DNA of 64,000 bases from Longimicrobiales bacterium. Its GTDB lineage: Bacteria > Gemmatimonadota > Gemmatimonadetes > Longimicrobiales > Gaopeijiaceae. The stretch is taken from contig OZ250165.1 in assembly GCA_965238005.1 (NCBI GenBank), positions 1,376,001 to 1,440,000 of the forward strand. The letters run 5' to 3'. Positions within the stretch are counted from its first letter, which is position 1; each line of letters begins with the position of its first letter. Made by a program: the position numbers and the translations under genes. A model generated the notes under the pieces. It was not told the DNA's origin, searched no databases, and saw nothing but the letters and a program-made list of their open reading frames with translations. This document shows positions 30,204-40,837 of the stretch, in pieces.

Positions 30204-33200
30204 TCCTCTCCTCCGGTCCCTGGCTCGCATTCACCCGGGCGGGTCCCTGGCTCGGCGTTCTCGGCCTTGCCGCATGGACACGGTGGCCCGGGGTCGGCTG
30301 GCTGGCGTTTTCCAGCGTTTCGTCCCTCTCGGTCTTTTCCGCCCGGCCCCGGCGCGGAGTGGCCCACGCGGTGGCGGGCATCGTCGTCCTCGCCGGGGTC
30401 GTGGCCGGCTTCATCGGTCACGAAGTGAGCCGGCGAGTGTCACAGGACTTCGATACGTACTGGACGGCCCGCAACACCCGCGCCGAGATCGCGCTCGACC
30501 AGAGACTCGAGCGGTTACTGACCACGGGCGAGGAGGCGGTTGCAAGCATTGGGAATCTCGCGGCCGACGACCCTGGCACAACCCTTCTCGACGATCTGAG
30601 GGCCATCTGCCGCCGGACCGGCCTGGCCGCGGTCGCGATCTACGGGCCTAGCGGTGACTTCATCGTCTGGGACGGCACGCACCGAGGAATGGTGCCGCCC
30701 GAGCTCCGGACCGGAGACGTCCGCTACCTCTATCGCGACCGTCCCCTGTTCAGCTACCTGTACTTCACGGCTCCGATTCCGGGGGGCGGGACGGCGATGG
30801 CGGCGGCGCTGATCAAGGCGAACTTGCCGCGGAATTTGGAATCCGATCCAGGAGACTTCGTAACCTCGTTCCGTGATGCGGTGGGAGAGGACCTCCGCAT
30901 CCTTCGGGCCGACCGGGCGACTGGCGACGACGTTCTCGACTTGCGCTGGGAGGACGAGGCGCTCTTCAGCGTTTCGATCGTCCGACCGACGCAGGAGGAG
31001 AGACTCCGTGACGTCCGGACCTTTTGGTCGAGGGTGGTGGGAGCTTTGGCCGTCATCGCGTGGCTGCTCCTCGCCATCACGGCGGGCGTGGAGAAGGGTG
31101 ATCGGGCCGCCGCGGCGCTGACACCGCTGGGTCTCGCATTCGTGGTTCCGGTGGGGGCGGCCATGGGATCGCTACCCATCCTTACCGCGGCTGATTTCGT
31201 GCTTCCCGGTCCGCTACCCGTGACCTTCGAGCGCGTCCTGCTCGTGTCGGTCGCCGCTGCGGTCGTGGCGGCGGCTCACCTTCCGCCCGCCGCCCGTCTC
31301 GGGCCGGTCGCCTCCGGTCTGGGGGTGCTCATCGCGTTCCCGTTGGCTTCTGTCCTCCTCCTGGGCGGGGCAGGCCCGGCCCTCCTGTCAGGTGGGGAGG
31401 GGAAGTGGGTCGCGTACCAGACCGGCCTTGCACTGGTGCTCACGCTCTTGTGCCTGGCGTCGTTCCGACTCGGCGAGCGAGCCAAGCGGCGGCCGCACGC
31501 GGAGATTCCCCTCCTAGGGGCCCTGGCGACTGCTTTGGCTCTCGCCGGGGTGGGTGCTCTGTTGGTGAGAGTCGAAGGCTCACTGCCCGCTTGGAGCACA
31601 GCTGCATGGTTCCTTCCGGGCGCGCTGGCAGCGTACGGCCTCTCCGGTCTTCGGGGGTGGCGCCGGATCTGGATGGCGTGGGGCTCGGCAGCGGTCCTGG
31701 GTGCTTCGGCAGCTCTGGTCGTTGCTTGGGCCGCACGCGTGGAGGCCCGGATGGATTCGGCCGAGCTTCAGCTCGCCCGGCTCGGGACGCCGGCCGATCC
31801 GTATCTGGAATACGTGCTGCACCGGTTCGTGGACGCGGCGGATTCACTGGACGCTGGAGGCGCCGATCCCCCGGAGCTCCTCTACGAGAGCTGGGTCGGC
31901 AGCGGTCTGGCGGAAGAGGGCTCGGGAGTCTGGCTGACACTGTGGTCTCCCGGTGATCTGCCCGAATTCGAGATCACCATCGGAGTTGATGGTGGCCGCC
32001 CTGGACGCGCCGACGACTTTCTCGAGCAGGCGCGCCAGGGCGAGCCCGCCTTCGTTCGTCGCTTCGCGGCCGGGGACGCCAACTACATGATGCAGGTGCC
32101 TCTACGGGGGGGGAGGGTGCTCACCGGCGTCCTTCCTGCCCGGCGGGAGCTTCCCAATACGTCGCCGTTCGGTCCGGTCTTCGGGGGGCTGACAGCGCCG
32201 ACCGAGAGTCCGCTGACGCTCGTACCCATTCTGCAGGGCGATGAAGCCAGCCAGACGGACCGGGTGGCGTGGGTTCGCACGTCCGACGGCTGGAAGGCTC
32301 GCCAGAGCATCTCATACCTCGACGGAGGGTTCAACGCCCAGTACGTGGTCGACTTGCCCGGGCCGTTGCTGGCGACCGCAAGGGGAGCCCTGCTGATTCT
32401 GGGCCACGTGGGCCTGATCCTGCTCCTGTGGACACTGGGTCAGTTCGTCTTGGTGGGCCGCCGGCCGGCGGTCAGAAGCTGGAAGAACCCGTTCGCTTCC
32501 TTCCGCGCGCGCGTGACCTGGGCGTTGTTCGGGTTCTTCGTCCTCTCTGCCGCCCTCTTCGGAAGTCTGGCGTTCCGCACCCTCTCCCAAGCGACCGTCC
32601 GTACCGCTGCAACCATCGCTGCGCGCATCGCTGCTGACGCCGCTGCCTTCTACTACCAGGCCGGGCAATCCATGACTCTTCTTTCCAGCCGGGTGGGGGC
32701 CGACCTGCTCGAGTATCGGGCGGGGGAGCTTCGTGGTGGGTCGGTCGATGACCTCGTGGAGATGGGCCTGTACGACGGATGGATCCCCTTCGAGGTGAAC
32801 CAGCAGCTCGAAAGCCGTGAAGAGCTCTTGGAGACAGCTCTCGGAAATCTCGGCCGGCGGCAGTATCTCATGGCGTTCCGGAGGCTTCCGGACGGAGACG
32901 TCGTGGCGACGCAGGTGCCCCTTCAGGCCGGCGCCACGGCGCTACGGCAGAGAGAGGTGGCCGAGTTGGTCGCCTTCGTGGTCCTGCTGGGGGCCGGACT
33001 GTCGCTGGGGCTTGCCCTTCTCGTCGGGAGGACCCTCACGAGTCCGATCCGCACGCTTCAGGTTGCGTCGGAGAGAGTCGGTGGCGGAAACCTGGCCGTG
33101 CAACTTCCCGATGCCCGGGCCGACGAGTTCGGGTCGGTCTTCGAGGCCTTCAATCGAATGGTGCTTCGTATCAGCCGAGCTCGTCAGGAACTTGTCCGGA

Positions 33201-34435
33201 CGACGCGTCGGACCCAGGCCATCGTCGATGAGGCGGCCACCGGCGTCGTGGCACTCGACCGGTCGGGGGACGTCACGCTGGTGAACCCGAGGGCCCAGAT
33301 CGTTCTCGGAGGTCAGGTGGAGGTGGGTGAGCCCCTGCCGCAGCTGGAGGGTGCACGTGCCGAGCTGGTCCTGTGGATTGAGAAGTGTCTTCGGGACGGT
33401 CTTCGAGAGGCGACGGCCGAGTTCCAGTTCGGCGAGCGCCGGATTCGAATCCGGTCCAGGGAGATCTCCCGGCAGGGGGCCGGTGGTGTGGTGCTCTCCA
33501 TCGAAGATGTGACCGACGAGCTTCGCACGGAGCGTATTCTGGCCTGGGGTGAGATGGCCCGTCAGGTCGCTCATGAGGTCAAGAACCCGCTCACGCCCAT
33601 CAAGCTGAGCGTCCAGCACATTCGCCGGGCTTGGCAGGATCAGCGTGAGGACTTCGAGCCCATCCTGGATCGCAACGTGGGAGCGATCTTGAGCGAGATC
33701 GACCGCCTCGCCGAGATTGCGAGTGGCTTTTCACGATTCGGAGCGCCGGCCGCGGCCGGGGAGATTCCCCTCGAGCCGGTCGATGTGGGATCCGTGGCTC
33801 AGGACGTGCTGACCCTCTACCGGGTGGATGAAGAAGGTCCGGTGCGCTTCGCTGCCCGGGTACCCGAAGACCTCCCCCGTGTGAGCGCGCGGGAGACCGA
33901 ATTCAAGGAGGTACTCCTCAACCTGCTGGAGAACGCGCGTGTGGCGATCGAAGGAGGCGGTCAGGTCGTCATCGAGGCCGTATCCGTTCCCACCGAGGTT
34001 GAGGTGTGGGTTCGCGACGATGGCACGGGCATCCCGCCCGAGCTTCTCGGGCGCATTTTCGAGCCGCAATTCAGCACGCGCTCCACGGGTACGGGACTCG
34101 GTCTCGCCATCGTCCGAAAGCTAGTCGAGTCTTGGGGTGGCACAGTGACGGCGGAGAGCGGTCGTGGAGAAGGCACGGTAATCCGTCTGCAACTGAGACC
34201 CTGGGGTGATTCCGGCGAGGAGGGGAGTGAGAGGACGCCTGCGAACGAAGACGGTGAGGAAGCGGCGTCCCCGAGGGAAGACGTGGAGGGCGAGAAGGCG
34301 CTGGCCGCCACCGCCGGCGACGGCGACGCGGCGGGCGCCGGCGCCGCATCCCCCACCGGGGAGAGGGAAGGCGACGCGGCGGAGGTCGATCTTGCTGCAG
34401 AACCTGGCGACGGGAAGGAGGATTCGGCACCTTAG
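30173..34435 (+). CDS. Large multi-TM HAMP/PAS sensor histidine kinase (NtrY-like)
   Basis: DEFGSVFEAFNRM (HAMP), WGEMARQVAHEVKNPLTPI (H box), NLLENA, DDGTGI, GTGLGL. Confidence 0.92.
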   Translation: MTAPDQPSAPFLSSGPWLAFTRAGPWLGVLGLAAWTRWPGVGWLAFSSVSSLSVFSARPRRGVAHAVAGIVVLAGVVAGFIGHEVSRRVSQDFDTYWTARNTRAEIALDQRLERLLTTGEEAVASIGNLAADDPGTTLLDDLRAICRRTGLAAVAIYGPSGDFIVWDGTHRGMVPPELRTGDVRYLYRDRPLFSYLYFTAPIPGGGTAMAAALIKANLPRNLESDPGDFVTSFRDAVGEDLRILRADRATGDDVLDLRWEDEALFSVSIVRPTQEERLRDVRTFWSRVVGALAVIAWLLLAITAGVEKGDRAAAALTPLGLAFVVPVGAAMGSLPILTAADFVLPGPLPVTFERVLLVSVAAAVVAAAHLPPAARLGPVASGLGVLIAFPLASVLLLGGAGPALLSGGEGKWVAYQTGLALVLTLLCLASFRLGERAKRRPHAEIPLLGALATALALAGVGALLVRVEGSLPAWSTAAWFLPGALAAYGLSGLRGWRRIWMAWGSAAVLGASAALVVAWAARVEARMDSAELQLARLGTPADPYLEYVLHRFVDAADSLDAGGADPPELLYESWVGSGLAEEGSGVWLTLWSPGDLPEFEITIGVDGGRPGRADDFLEQARQGEPAFVRRFAAGDANYMMQVPLRGGRVLTGVLPARRELPNTSPFGPVFGGLTAPTESPLTLVPILQGDEASQTDRVAWVRTSDGWKARQSISYLDGGFNAQYVVDLPGPLLATARGALLILGHVGLILLLWTLGQFVLVGRRPAVRSWKNPFASFRARVTWALFGFFVLSAALFGSLAFRTLSQATVRTAATIAARIAADAAAFYYQAGQSMTLLSSRVGADLLEYRAGELRGGSVDDLVEMGLYDGWIPFEVNQQLESREELLETALGNLGRRQYLMAFRRLPDGDVVATQVPLQAGATALRQREVAELVAFVVLLGAGLSLGLALLVGRTLTSPIRTLQVASERVGGGNLAVQLPDARADEFGSVFEAFNRMVLRISRARQELVRTTRRTQAIVDEAATGVVALDRSGDVTLVNPRAQIVLGGQVEVGEPLPQLEGARAELVLWIEKCLRDGLREATAEFQFGERRIRIRSREISRQGAGGVVLSIEDVTDELRTERILAWGEMARQVAHEVKNPLTPIKLSVQHIRRAWQDQREDFEPILDRNVGAILSEIDRLAEIASGFSRFGAPAAAGEIPLEPVDVGSVAQDVLTLYRVDEEGPVRFAARVPEDLPRVSARETEFKEVLLNLLENARVAIEGGGQVVIEAVSVPTEVEVWVRDDGTGIPPELLGRIFEPQFSTRSTGTGLGLAIVRKLVESWGGTVTAESGRGEGTVIRLQLRPWGDSGEEGSERTPANEDGEEAASPREDVEGEKALAATAGDGDAAGAGAASPTGEREGDAAEVDLAAEPGDGKEDSAP

Positions 34436-34476
34436 AACACCTGTTTGCGAGCTTCCCTGTCTCATTCTGGAGCATC

Positions 34477-35085
34477 ATGAGGGATTCTGTCGGCGAGCCG
34501 ACCGAGATCCAACCCACGCAACCGCCCTCACGAACCCACGCTGCATCATCCAGCACCCGTCGACTCGGGGAGTGGCTTGAGCAGCAGACCGAATTCCTGT
34601 TACGACACTGGCTCGACGAGGTTCGCCATCGCGCGAGCCTGGACGCGGAAATGGAACAGCTCCTCAAGCGGTTCCTGGAGCTCCTCACCAGGCTGCTTCC
34701 GCAAGCCGTCGGGCAGCATCGCGCACAGGTGGCTCCGCTGTGGAGACAAGCCGCGGAGCTCTATGGGTCGCTGGGGCCCCAGCGCGGCCTGGCAGCGGGG
34801 GAGATCGTCGAGGAGTTCCAGATTCTGCGGGAAGCCGTCATACGACTCCTGTTCCAGGCGCCCCCGGCCCGGTATGGCGCTGCGTTTTCGCTCGCGGACG
34901 CGCTGCGCCTCAACCGCTTCCTCGACAGTGGCGTCACGCATGCGAGCATCGGGCACACCGACGCCCTCTTCTTCGCTCTCTTCCAGGGGAGCGGCGTCCC
35001 CAAGGTGCCCACCACCCAGCTGGTGACGGAGGTGGAAGAGCAGCTCCAGGCCATCGAGGAGGAGTTGTCGGCCGACGCCCACTGA
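34477..35085 (+). CDS. Hypothetical protein, RsbRD N-terminal-like
   Basis: LLRHW...QRGLAAGEIVEEFQILRE helical pattern. Confidence 0.6.
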   Translation: MRDSVGEPTEIQPTQPPSRTHAASSSTRRLGEWLEQQTEFLLRHWLDEVRHRASLDAEMEQLLKRFLELLTRLLPQAVGQHRAQVAPLWRQAAELYGSLGPQRGLAAGEIVEEFQILREAVIRLLFQAPPARYGAAFSLADALRLNRFLDSGVTHASIGHTDALFFALFQGSGVPKVPTTQLVTEVEEQLQAIEEELSADAH

Positions 35086-35155
35086 GCCGCCTCCGACGAT
35101 GACGACGCCGTGCTACCCCGGAGCCAGCCAGGCGGGGGGGATAGGAGTGGGTGAC

Positions 35156-36628
35156 ATGCCCCCGGAAGAGTTCCGGAGGCACGGGCACGAGGTGGTGGAC
35201 TGGATTGCCGACTACCTCGGAGGAGTCGGGTCCTATCCTGTTGTCCCTCCCGTTTCTCCGGGCCAGATCCGCGAAAGCCTTCCGGCTTCAGCGCCATCGA
35301 GGGGCGAGCCCTTCGAGGACATCCTCCACGACTTCGACTCGAAAATCCTTCCCGGCATCACGCACTGGAATCACCCCGGGTTCTTCGCCTACTTCGCGGT
35401 CACCGGATCGGGTCCGGGGATCCTGGGCGAGATGCTCTCGGCGGCCCTCAACGTCAATGCCATGGTGTGGCGGAGCTCTCCTTCTGGCACGGAGCTGGAG
35501 GAGCTCACGCTCGACTGGCTACGTGAGCTCGTGGAGCTCCCGGCGGCGTTCCAGGGTGCGATCAACGACACGGCCTCGTCCGGCACCTTGTATGCGCTCT
35601 CAGCGGCGCGCGAAGCTTGCTTTCCCGAAGCGAGAGAGAAGGGTCTCTTCAGGACTCCCGTCGGCTGCATCTACGCCTCCGAGGAGGCCCACTCCTCCAT
35701 CGACAAGTCGGCGATCACTCTGGGCTTCGGACTCGAGGGAGTGCGGCGCATCGAGGCCGATGACGAGTTCCGAATGGACACGGATGCGCTCCGGAGAGCT
35801 CTGGAAGAGGATGTGGCCCGTGAGATCCGTCCCGTGGCCCTGGTGGCTACTCTGGGAACGACTTCGACCAGCAGCCTGGACCCGGTTGACGAGCTGGCGG
35901 ACGTCGCGGAGGAATACGGCGCGTGGCTTCACGTGGACGCGGCATATGCCGGCCCGGCCGCCATCGTTCCCGAGCTCCGGCAGCACTTCTCCGGGTGGGA
36001 GCGGGCCGACTCCATTGTGCTGAATCCCCACAAGTGGCTGTTCACGCCCATCGACTGCTCGATTCTATACTGCAGGCGCCCCGATCAGCTGCGAAGAGCT
36101 TTCAGCGTGACACCGGAGTACCTGAGGACGAGGGAGCAAGAGAGCGCTACCAACCTCATGGACTATGGCCTGCCGTTGGGCCGTCGACTGCGGGCCCTCA
36201 AGCTGTGGTTCGTTCTCCGCTACTTCGGGAGTGAGGGGATCGCGGAGCGGATCCGAGCCCACTGCCGGCTCGCCTCGATCTTCGCCGGCCTCGTGGACGA
36301 CGCGCCAGGATGGGAACGGGTGGCGCCGGTCCCCTTCAGCACAGTGGTATTCCGCTATGTGCCCTCAGCCGCACTTGGCGACACGCCCGGGACGGGCGGT
36401 ACGGCGGAATGCGGCGACGCCACCGATGCGGGCGAGTTCCAGGACCGACTCAACATGGCGATCCTGGATCGAGTGAACGAAAGCGGGGATGTGTTCCTTT
36501 CACACACCCGACTCCACGGGCGCGTGGCGCTGCGGTTCTCGGTGGGGAACCTGCGGTCCACCGAGACCCATGTCCGCCGGGCTTGGGAGCTCTTGGCCTC
36601 GGCGGCTGCCGAGGCCCAACCAGATTGA
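35156..36628 (+). CDS. PLP-dependent aromatic L-amino acid decarboxylase (group II)
   Basis: ITHWNHPGFFAYF, AHSSIDK, HVDAAY, NPHKW, LGRRLRALKLW. Confidence 0.93.
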   Translation: MPPEEFRRHGHEVVDWIADYLGGVGSYPVVPPVSPGQIRESLPASAPSRGEPFEDILHDFDSKILPGITHWNHPGFFAYFAVTGSGPGILGEMLSAALNVNAMVWRSSPSGTELEELTLDWLRELVELPAAFQGAINDTASSGTLYALSAAREACFPEAREKGLFRTPVGCIYASEEAHSSIDKSAITLGFGLEGVRRIEADDEFRMDTDALRRALEEDVAREIRPVALVATLGTTSTSSLDPVDELADVAEEYGAWLHVDAAYAGPAAIVPELRQHFSGWERADSIVLNPHKWLFTPIDCSILYCRRPDQLRRAFSVTPEYLRTREQESATNLMDYGLPLGRRLRALKLWFVLRYFGSEGIAERIRAHCRLASIFAGLVDDAPGWERVAPVPFSTVVFRYVPSAALGDTPGTGGTAECGDATDAGEFQDRLNMAILDRVNESGDVFLSHTRLHGRVALRFSVGNLRSTETHVRRAWELLASAAAEAQPD

Positions 36629-36656
36629 GGTGCTAGTCACGGAGCCGCGCCCCGGG

Positions 36657-38060
36657 TCAGGCCTCTCTGACCTCCTTGGCCAGCTCGGTCATGGACGCCT
36701 TGGCGTCCCCGAAGAGCATCATCGTGTGATCCATGTAGAACAGAGGGTTGTCGATCCCGGCGAAGCCCGGTGACAAGCTTCGCTTCATGATGATCACGCT
36801 CTTGGCCCGCTCGACGTCGAGGATCGGCATCCCTGCGATGACACTCTGGGGATTGTGGGCATCGGGGTTCACCACGTCGTTGGCTCCCACCACGAGCGCG
36901 ACATCCGTGCGACCGAAATCGTCGTTGATCTCGTCGAGGTCGAACAGCTTGTCGTAGGGGACGTCGGCCTCCGCGAGCAGGACATTCATGTGCCCCGGCA
37001 TCCGGCCGGCGACCGGGTGGACGGCATATCTCACGTCCACGCCACGCTCCTCCAGGTTGTCCATCACCTTCCGGAGGTCGTGCTGGGCCTGGGCGACGGC
37101 GAGCCCGTAACCCGGGACCACGATCACCGACTGGGCGTAGGCCAGTATCATGGCCGCCCCTTCCGGGTCGATGGAGCGGGCCGTTTTGTCACCCGCACCG
37201 ATCTGCGCGACCGTGGCACCCTCGGCTCCGAATGCCCCGAAGGCCACGTTCGCCAGAGAGCGGTTCATGGCCTTGCACATGATCATCGTGAGGATGAGCC
37301 CCGCAGCCCCGACCAACGCACCGCTGATGATGAGCACGTTGTTGGCGATTACGAATCCGGCCGCGGAGGCCGCCAGGCCCGAGTAGGAGTTGAGGAGAGA
37401 GATCACGACGGGCATGTCGGCGCCCCCGATCGGGATCACCAACAGTATGCCCAGAAGCAGCGCGACGACCGAGAAGATCGAGAACGTGACCAGGCTGGAC
37501 AGTCCTCCGACCTGGAACACACCCATCACCGAGGCGCCCAGGCCCAGGAGGGCCAGGAAAAGGAAGGCGTTGAACGTCTTCTGGAGAGGGAAGGTGATCG
37601 GATTTCCGGTTACGAGACCCTGGAGCTTCCCGAACGCGACGAAGCTGCCCGAGAACGTCACCATTCCGATCAGGCATGAGAGTGCGATGGTCAGCCCATC
37701 GCCGAGGACGAGCGTGGCCCCGGTGGTCTGAACTCGAACCAGCTCGGCCGCGGCCACCAGGGCCGAGGCTCCTCCACCGAACCCGTTGAAGGCCCCCACC
37801 AGCTGCGGCATGTCGGTCATCTTCACGGTGCGCGCCAGCACGCCGCCGATCAGGCCGCCCAGAATCATGCCGCCCACGATTCCGGTCCAGCTCACGGCCT
37901 GGTTCTCCACGAGCGTGGCCACGATGGCGATTAGCATGGCCAGTGCGGCCAACCGGTTGCCGGCGCGAGCGGTGGCGGGAGACTGCAGTCGCTTGAGCCC
38001 GACCACGAAGAGGACGGAAGAGAAGAGGTACGAAAGCTCCACCCAAAGCGAGAGATCCAT
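36657..38060 (-). CDS. pntB: NAD(P) transhydrogenase subunit beta
   Basis: MPQLVG, GGADMPVVISLLNSYSG, HPVAGRMPGHMNVLLAEA, GANDVVNP. Confidence 0.97.
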   Translation of the reverse strand: MDLSLWVELSYLFSSVLFVVGLKRLQSPATARAGNRLAALAMLIAIVATLVENQAVSWTGIVGGMILGGLIGGVLARTVKMTDMPQLVGAFNGFGGGASALVAAAELVRVQTTGATLVLGDGLTIALSCLIGMVTFSGSFVAFGKLQGLVTGNPITFPLQKTFNAFLFLALLGLGASVMGVFQVGGLSSLVTFSIFSVVALLLGILLVIPIGGADMPVVISLLNSYSGLAASAAGFVIANNVLIISGALVGAAGLILTMIMCKAMNRSLANVAFGAFGAEGATVAQIGAGDKTARSIDPEGAAMILAYAQSVIVVPGYGLAVAQAQHDLRKVMDNLEERGVDVRYAVHPVAGRMPGHMNVLLAEADVPYDKLFDLDEINDDFGRTDVALVVGANDVVNPDAHNPQSVIAGMPILDVERAKSVIIMKRSLSPGFAGIDNPLFYMDHTMMLFGDAKASMTELAKEVREA

Positions 38061-38084
38061 TGGTTTGCTCCTTTGAGTGGGCGG

Positions 38085-38363
38085 CTATTTCTTCTTGAAC
38101 ATCTGGAGCATGCGATCGGTGACCATGAAGCCACCGACCACGTTCACCATGGCCATGACGATGGCCGTGATCCCCAGGATCTCCGACAACCCCGGTTCGA
38201 CCTGGGCGGAAACCACCAGGGCTCCGACTATGGCGATGCCCGAGATGGCGTTGGCCCCCGACATGAGGGGCGTATGAAGGGTCGGGGGCACCTTCGTGAT
38301 CACCTCCCGACCGGCCAGGGTAGCCAGGACGAAGACGTAGAGTCCTACGACCATCTCGCCCAT
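38085..38363 (-). CDS. pntA: NAD(P) transhydrogenase subunit alpha, part 2
   Basis: VPPTLHTPLMSGANAISG, GGFMVTDRML. Confidence 0.95.
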   Translation of the reverse strand: MGEMVVGLYVFVLATLAGREVITKVPPTLHTPLMSGANAISGIAIVGALVVSAQVEPGLSEILGITAIVMAMVNVVGGFMVTDRMLQMFKKK

Positions 38364-38449
38364 CGAGTCCTCCTTCTATTTGTGATACAGTATCGGGCGT
38401 GGGCCGAGTGGGGTTCGGCCTGACAAAGTCGATGTATGCCGGCTCGTGG

Positions 38450-39583
38450 TCATGCGAGCCCGAGCCGCTCCCTCGTGGGTGGGTGTCGAACCTCACCACC
38501 GTGGCTCACGCACGTGGTGGCGACGACTTCGTCCTCGAAGTCCAGGGAGAGCTCACCGTCGGTCACCAGCTCCTTGAGGAGCGTCGCGACGTTCTTGGCG
38601 AACATCTGGCTGGCGTGCACAGGGATGCCAGCGGGAAGATTGGCAGGTCCCATGACCTTGACGCCGTTCCGGACGACGGTCTCGCCCTCCCGGGTTACGG
38701 CACAGTTCCCCCCCGAGGCGGCGGCGAGGTCGACGATCACCGATCCTGGCCGCATGGAGTCGACCATTTCTTCGGTGATGAGCTCGGGCGCCGGACGGCC
38801 CGGAATCTGAGCGGTCGTCACGACCAGGTCCGCATCCGAGATGTGAGCCGCGATAAGCTCCAACTCCCGCTGGTGCTGCTCCTCGCTGAGCTCCTTGGCG
38901 TATCCGCCCTCACCTTCGGCCGTGACCTCCTGCTCCGTCTCGAGGAACGACGCACCGAGGCTCTCTATCTGCTCCTTCACCTCGGGCCGCACGTCGAAGG
39001 CCTCCACCTTGGCCCCCAGCCGCCGTGCGGTGGCGATGGCCTGGAGACCGGCCACTCCCGCCCCCAAAATCAGGGCCTTGCCGGGCCGGATGGTACCGGC
39101 GGCCGTCATGAACATGGGGAGGAACTTGCTCAACGCGTCCGCTCCCATGAGAACGGCCTTATACCCCGCCACCGTCGCCTGCGAGGAGAGGACGTCCATG
39201 CTCTGTGCGCGCGTGATTCGCGGAATGAGCTCGAGGGCGAAGGCCGTCACTCCTGCCTTCCCCAAGCGCCCGATGAGCTCCGGGTCGGTGAGAGGAGACA
39301 AGAGCGAGATCAGGACCACCCCGTTGGGGAGTCCGGCGATCTCCTCATCGGTCGGCGCCTGGACTTTCAAGACGACTTTAGTCCCCTGGAGTGCTGCGGC
39401 CGCGTCAGCTGCGACGCTGGCTCCCGCCTCCCTGTATTCCTCATCGGTGAAGTGGGACCCCAGCCCGGCTCCCGAGGCGACCGTGACGTCACACCCGATC
39501 TTGGCGAGCTCACGAATGGTCGAAGGAATCAGCGCTACCCGGTTCTCTCCGGGTCTAGTTTCGCCGAGAACGGCAACATTCAT
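38450..39583 (-). CDS. pntA: NAD(P) transhydrogenase subunit alpha, part 1
   Basis: ENRVAL, RITRAQSMDVLSSQ, GAGVAGLQA, GGYAKE. Confidence 0.96.
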   Translation of the reverse strand: MNVAVLGETRPGENRVALIPSTIRELAKIGCDVTVASGAGLGSHFTDEEYREAGASVAADAAAALQGTKVVLKVQAPTDEEIAGLPNGVVLISLLSPLTDPELIGRLGKAGVTAFALELIPRITRAQSMDVLSSQATVAGYKAVLMGADALSKFLPMFMTAAGTIRPGKALILGAGVAGLQAIATARRLGAKVEAFDVRPEVKEQIESLGASFLETEQEVTAEGEGGYAKELSEEQHQRELELIAAHISDADLVVTTAQIPGRPAPELITEEMVDSMRPGSVIVDLAAASGGNCAVTREGETVVRNGVKVMGPANLPAGIPVHASQMFAKNVATLLKELVTDGELSLDFEDEVVATTCVSHGGEVRHPPTRERLGLA

Positions 39584-39712
39584 GGAGCGCTCCCGCAATT
39601 GATTCATGTTCGGAGTTTAGCGCACCAATCTAGCACCCGGCCTTGCAGGGTGATACTGGGCGTGCGCACCATATCGGCCCGCTTTTCTTTCCTCATGCTT
39701 TGCGAGGGATCC

Positions 39713-40505
39713 ATGCCCAATCCCACTCCTCCCGACGCCCTGGATCGCCGCGGATTCATGGCTCACATGTCGGCCTTTGGGGTTGCCGGCACGCTCTAGC
39801 CGGGTGCTCTCTGGGCCCGGATGCAGGAGCGCGGTGAGATCACATCCGAGATGCTCGAGGACGCCGACGCCGTGGCCGGTCTCAGCTTCACGGACGAGGA
39901 GCGGGAGCTGATGCTCGAGCGGCTCAACCGGAATCAGCAGGCCTACCTGGCGCTCCGGGGCAGAGCTTCGAGGCCGAGCCGGCGACCGAGCACGATCACG
40001 CGGCCTTGGAGACCCCGAGATCCCTCGGGGTGGATCCGGTACCCATCGATCTTCCCACCGAGTTTCCCCTGAGTGCTCTCGGGATCATCCTCACTGCCGA
40101 GGCGGCTGCGGCCTTCGAAAGGCTGACCACCAGCGGTCGCGTCGAGCTGCTCGTTAGGCAGACTCGGGGCGCGTGGCCCACATCGTTCCCCACGGCCCGG
40201 ATGATCCCGGCCGTGGAGTACATCCAGGCCAACCGGGTTCGCACCATGGTCATGGGGGCGCTGGAGGCCGCGCTGGGGAGCATCGACGTCTTCATCACCC
40301 CCACGCCCGCCCCGGATGTCTCCTTGATGACGAACCTGACGGGTCATCCGGCGGTCGTGGTGCCCAGCGGCTTCACCGACGAGGGGACCCCCTGAGCGTC
40401 TCCTTCATCGGCAATCTGTGGGGAGACGCGGAGACCCTCCGGGTGGCGAGGGCCTGACAGAACGCCACGGATTTCCATAGCAGGCGGCCGCCCCTCTTCA
40501 GCTAG
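39713..40505 (+). pseudogene. Tat-exported amidase remnant with premature stops, frameshift and large internal deletion
   Basis: DRRGF Tat motif; TAG at 39797; junction near 39960 removes the catalytic core; C-terminal TNLTGHPAVVVP; frameshift near 40390; TGA at 40455. Confidence 0.88.
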
Positions 40506-40683
40506 TGTCCCGTTACCAAAGTGTCTCGGCCAGCCGAGGGCACGGTGCATCCGTGGGCTCGGCGTTGGGACTCCTTGCGACCACGCTTCGCGCGGTGCCC
40601 GCTTGCGCTACGCCGCGTCGTCCCGCCTTGATCCCACGGCGCCCCGACCCTCTTCGTGGCTCGCGAACTTCGGAAACGGAACA
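40506..40683. mobile_element. 178-bp MITE, copy A (most diverged right end)
   Basis: Homologous to 50022-50199 and 61117-61294; flanked by CTAG/CTGG. Confidence 0.88.
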
Positions 40684-40837
40684 CTGGGAGCCCATGCGTC
40701 GATCGCGCACCCGCGAGCCGGTCGGCGTCTGCCGGGGGTCTGCCGCTCACCCCCTACGTGATTCTCTCCGGGATATGGATCCGCCCGCTGGTTCGCTGCA
40801 GGGTTAGAGGCAACCGCCCAGTCCTGGAGGCACATCG

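Noticed and set aside
38085..39583. Split pntA as gene breakage
   Set aside because: The three-subunit transhydrogenase layout is a known normal arrangement
39797..40457. Stop-codon recoding (Pyl/Sec) in the amidase
   Set aside because: Accompanied by a frameshift and loss of the catalytic core; decay is the simpler explanation
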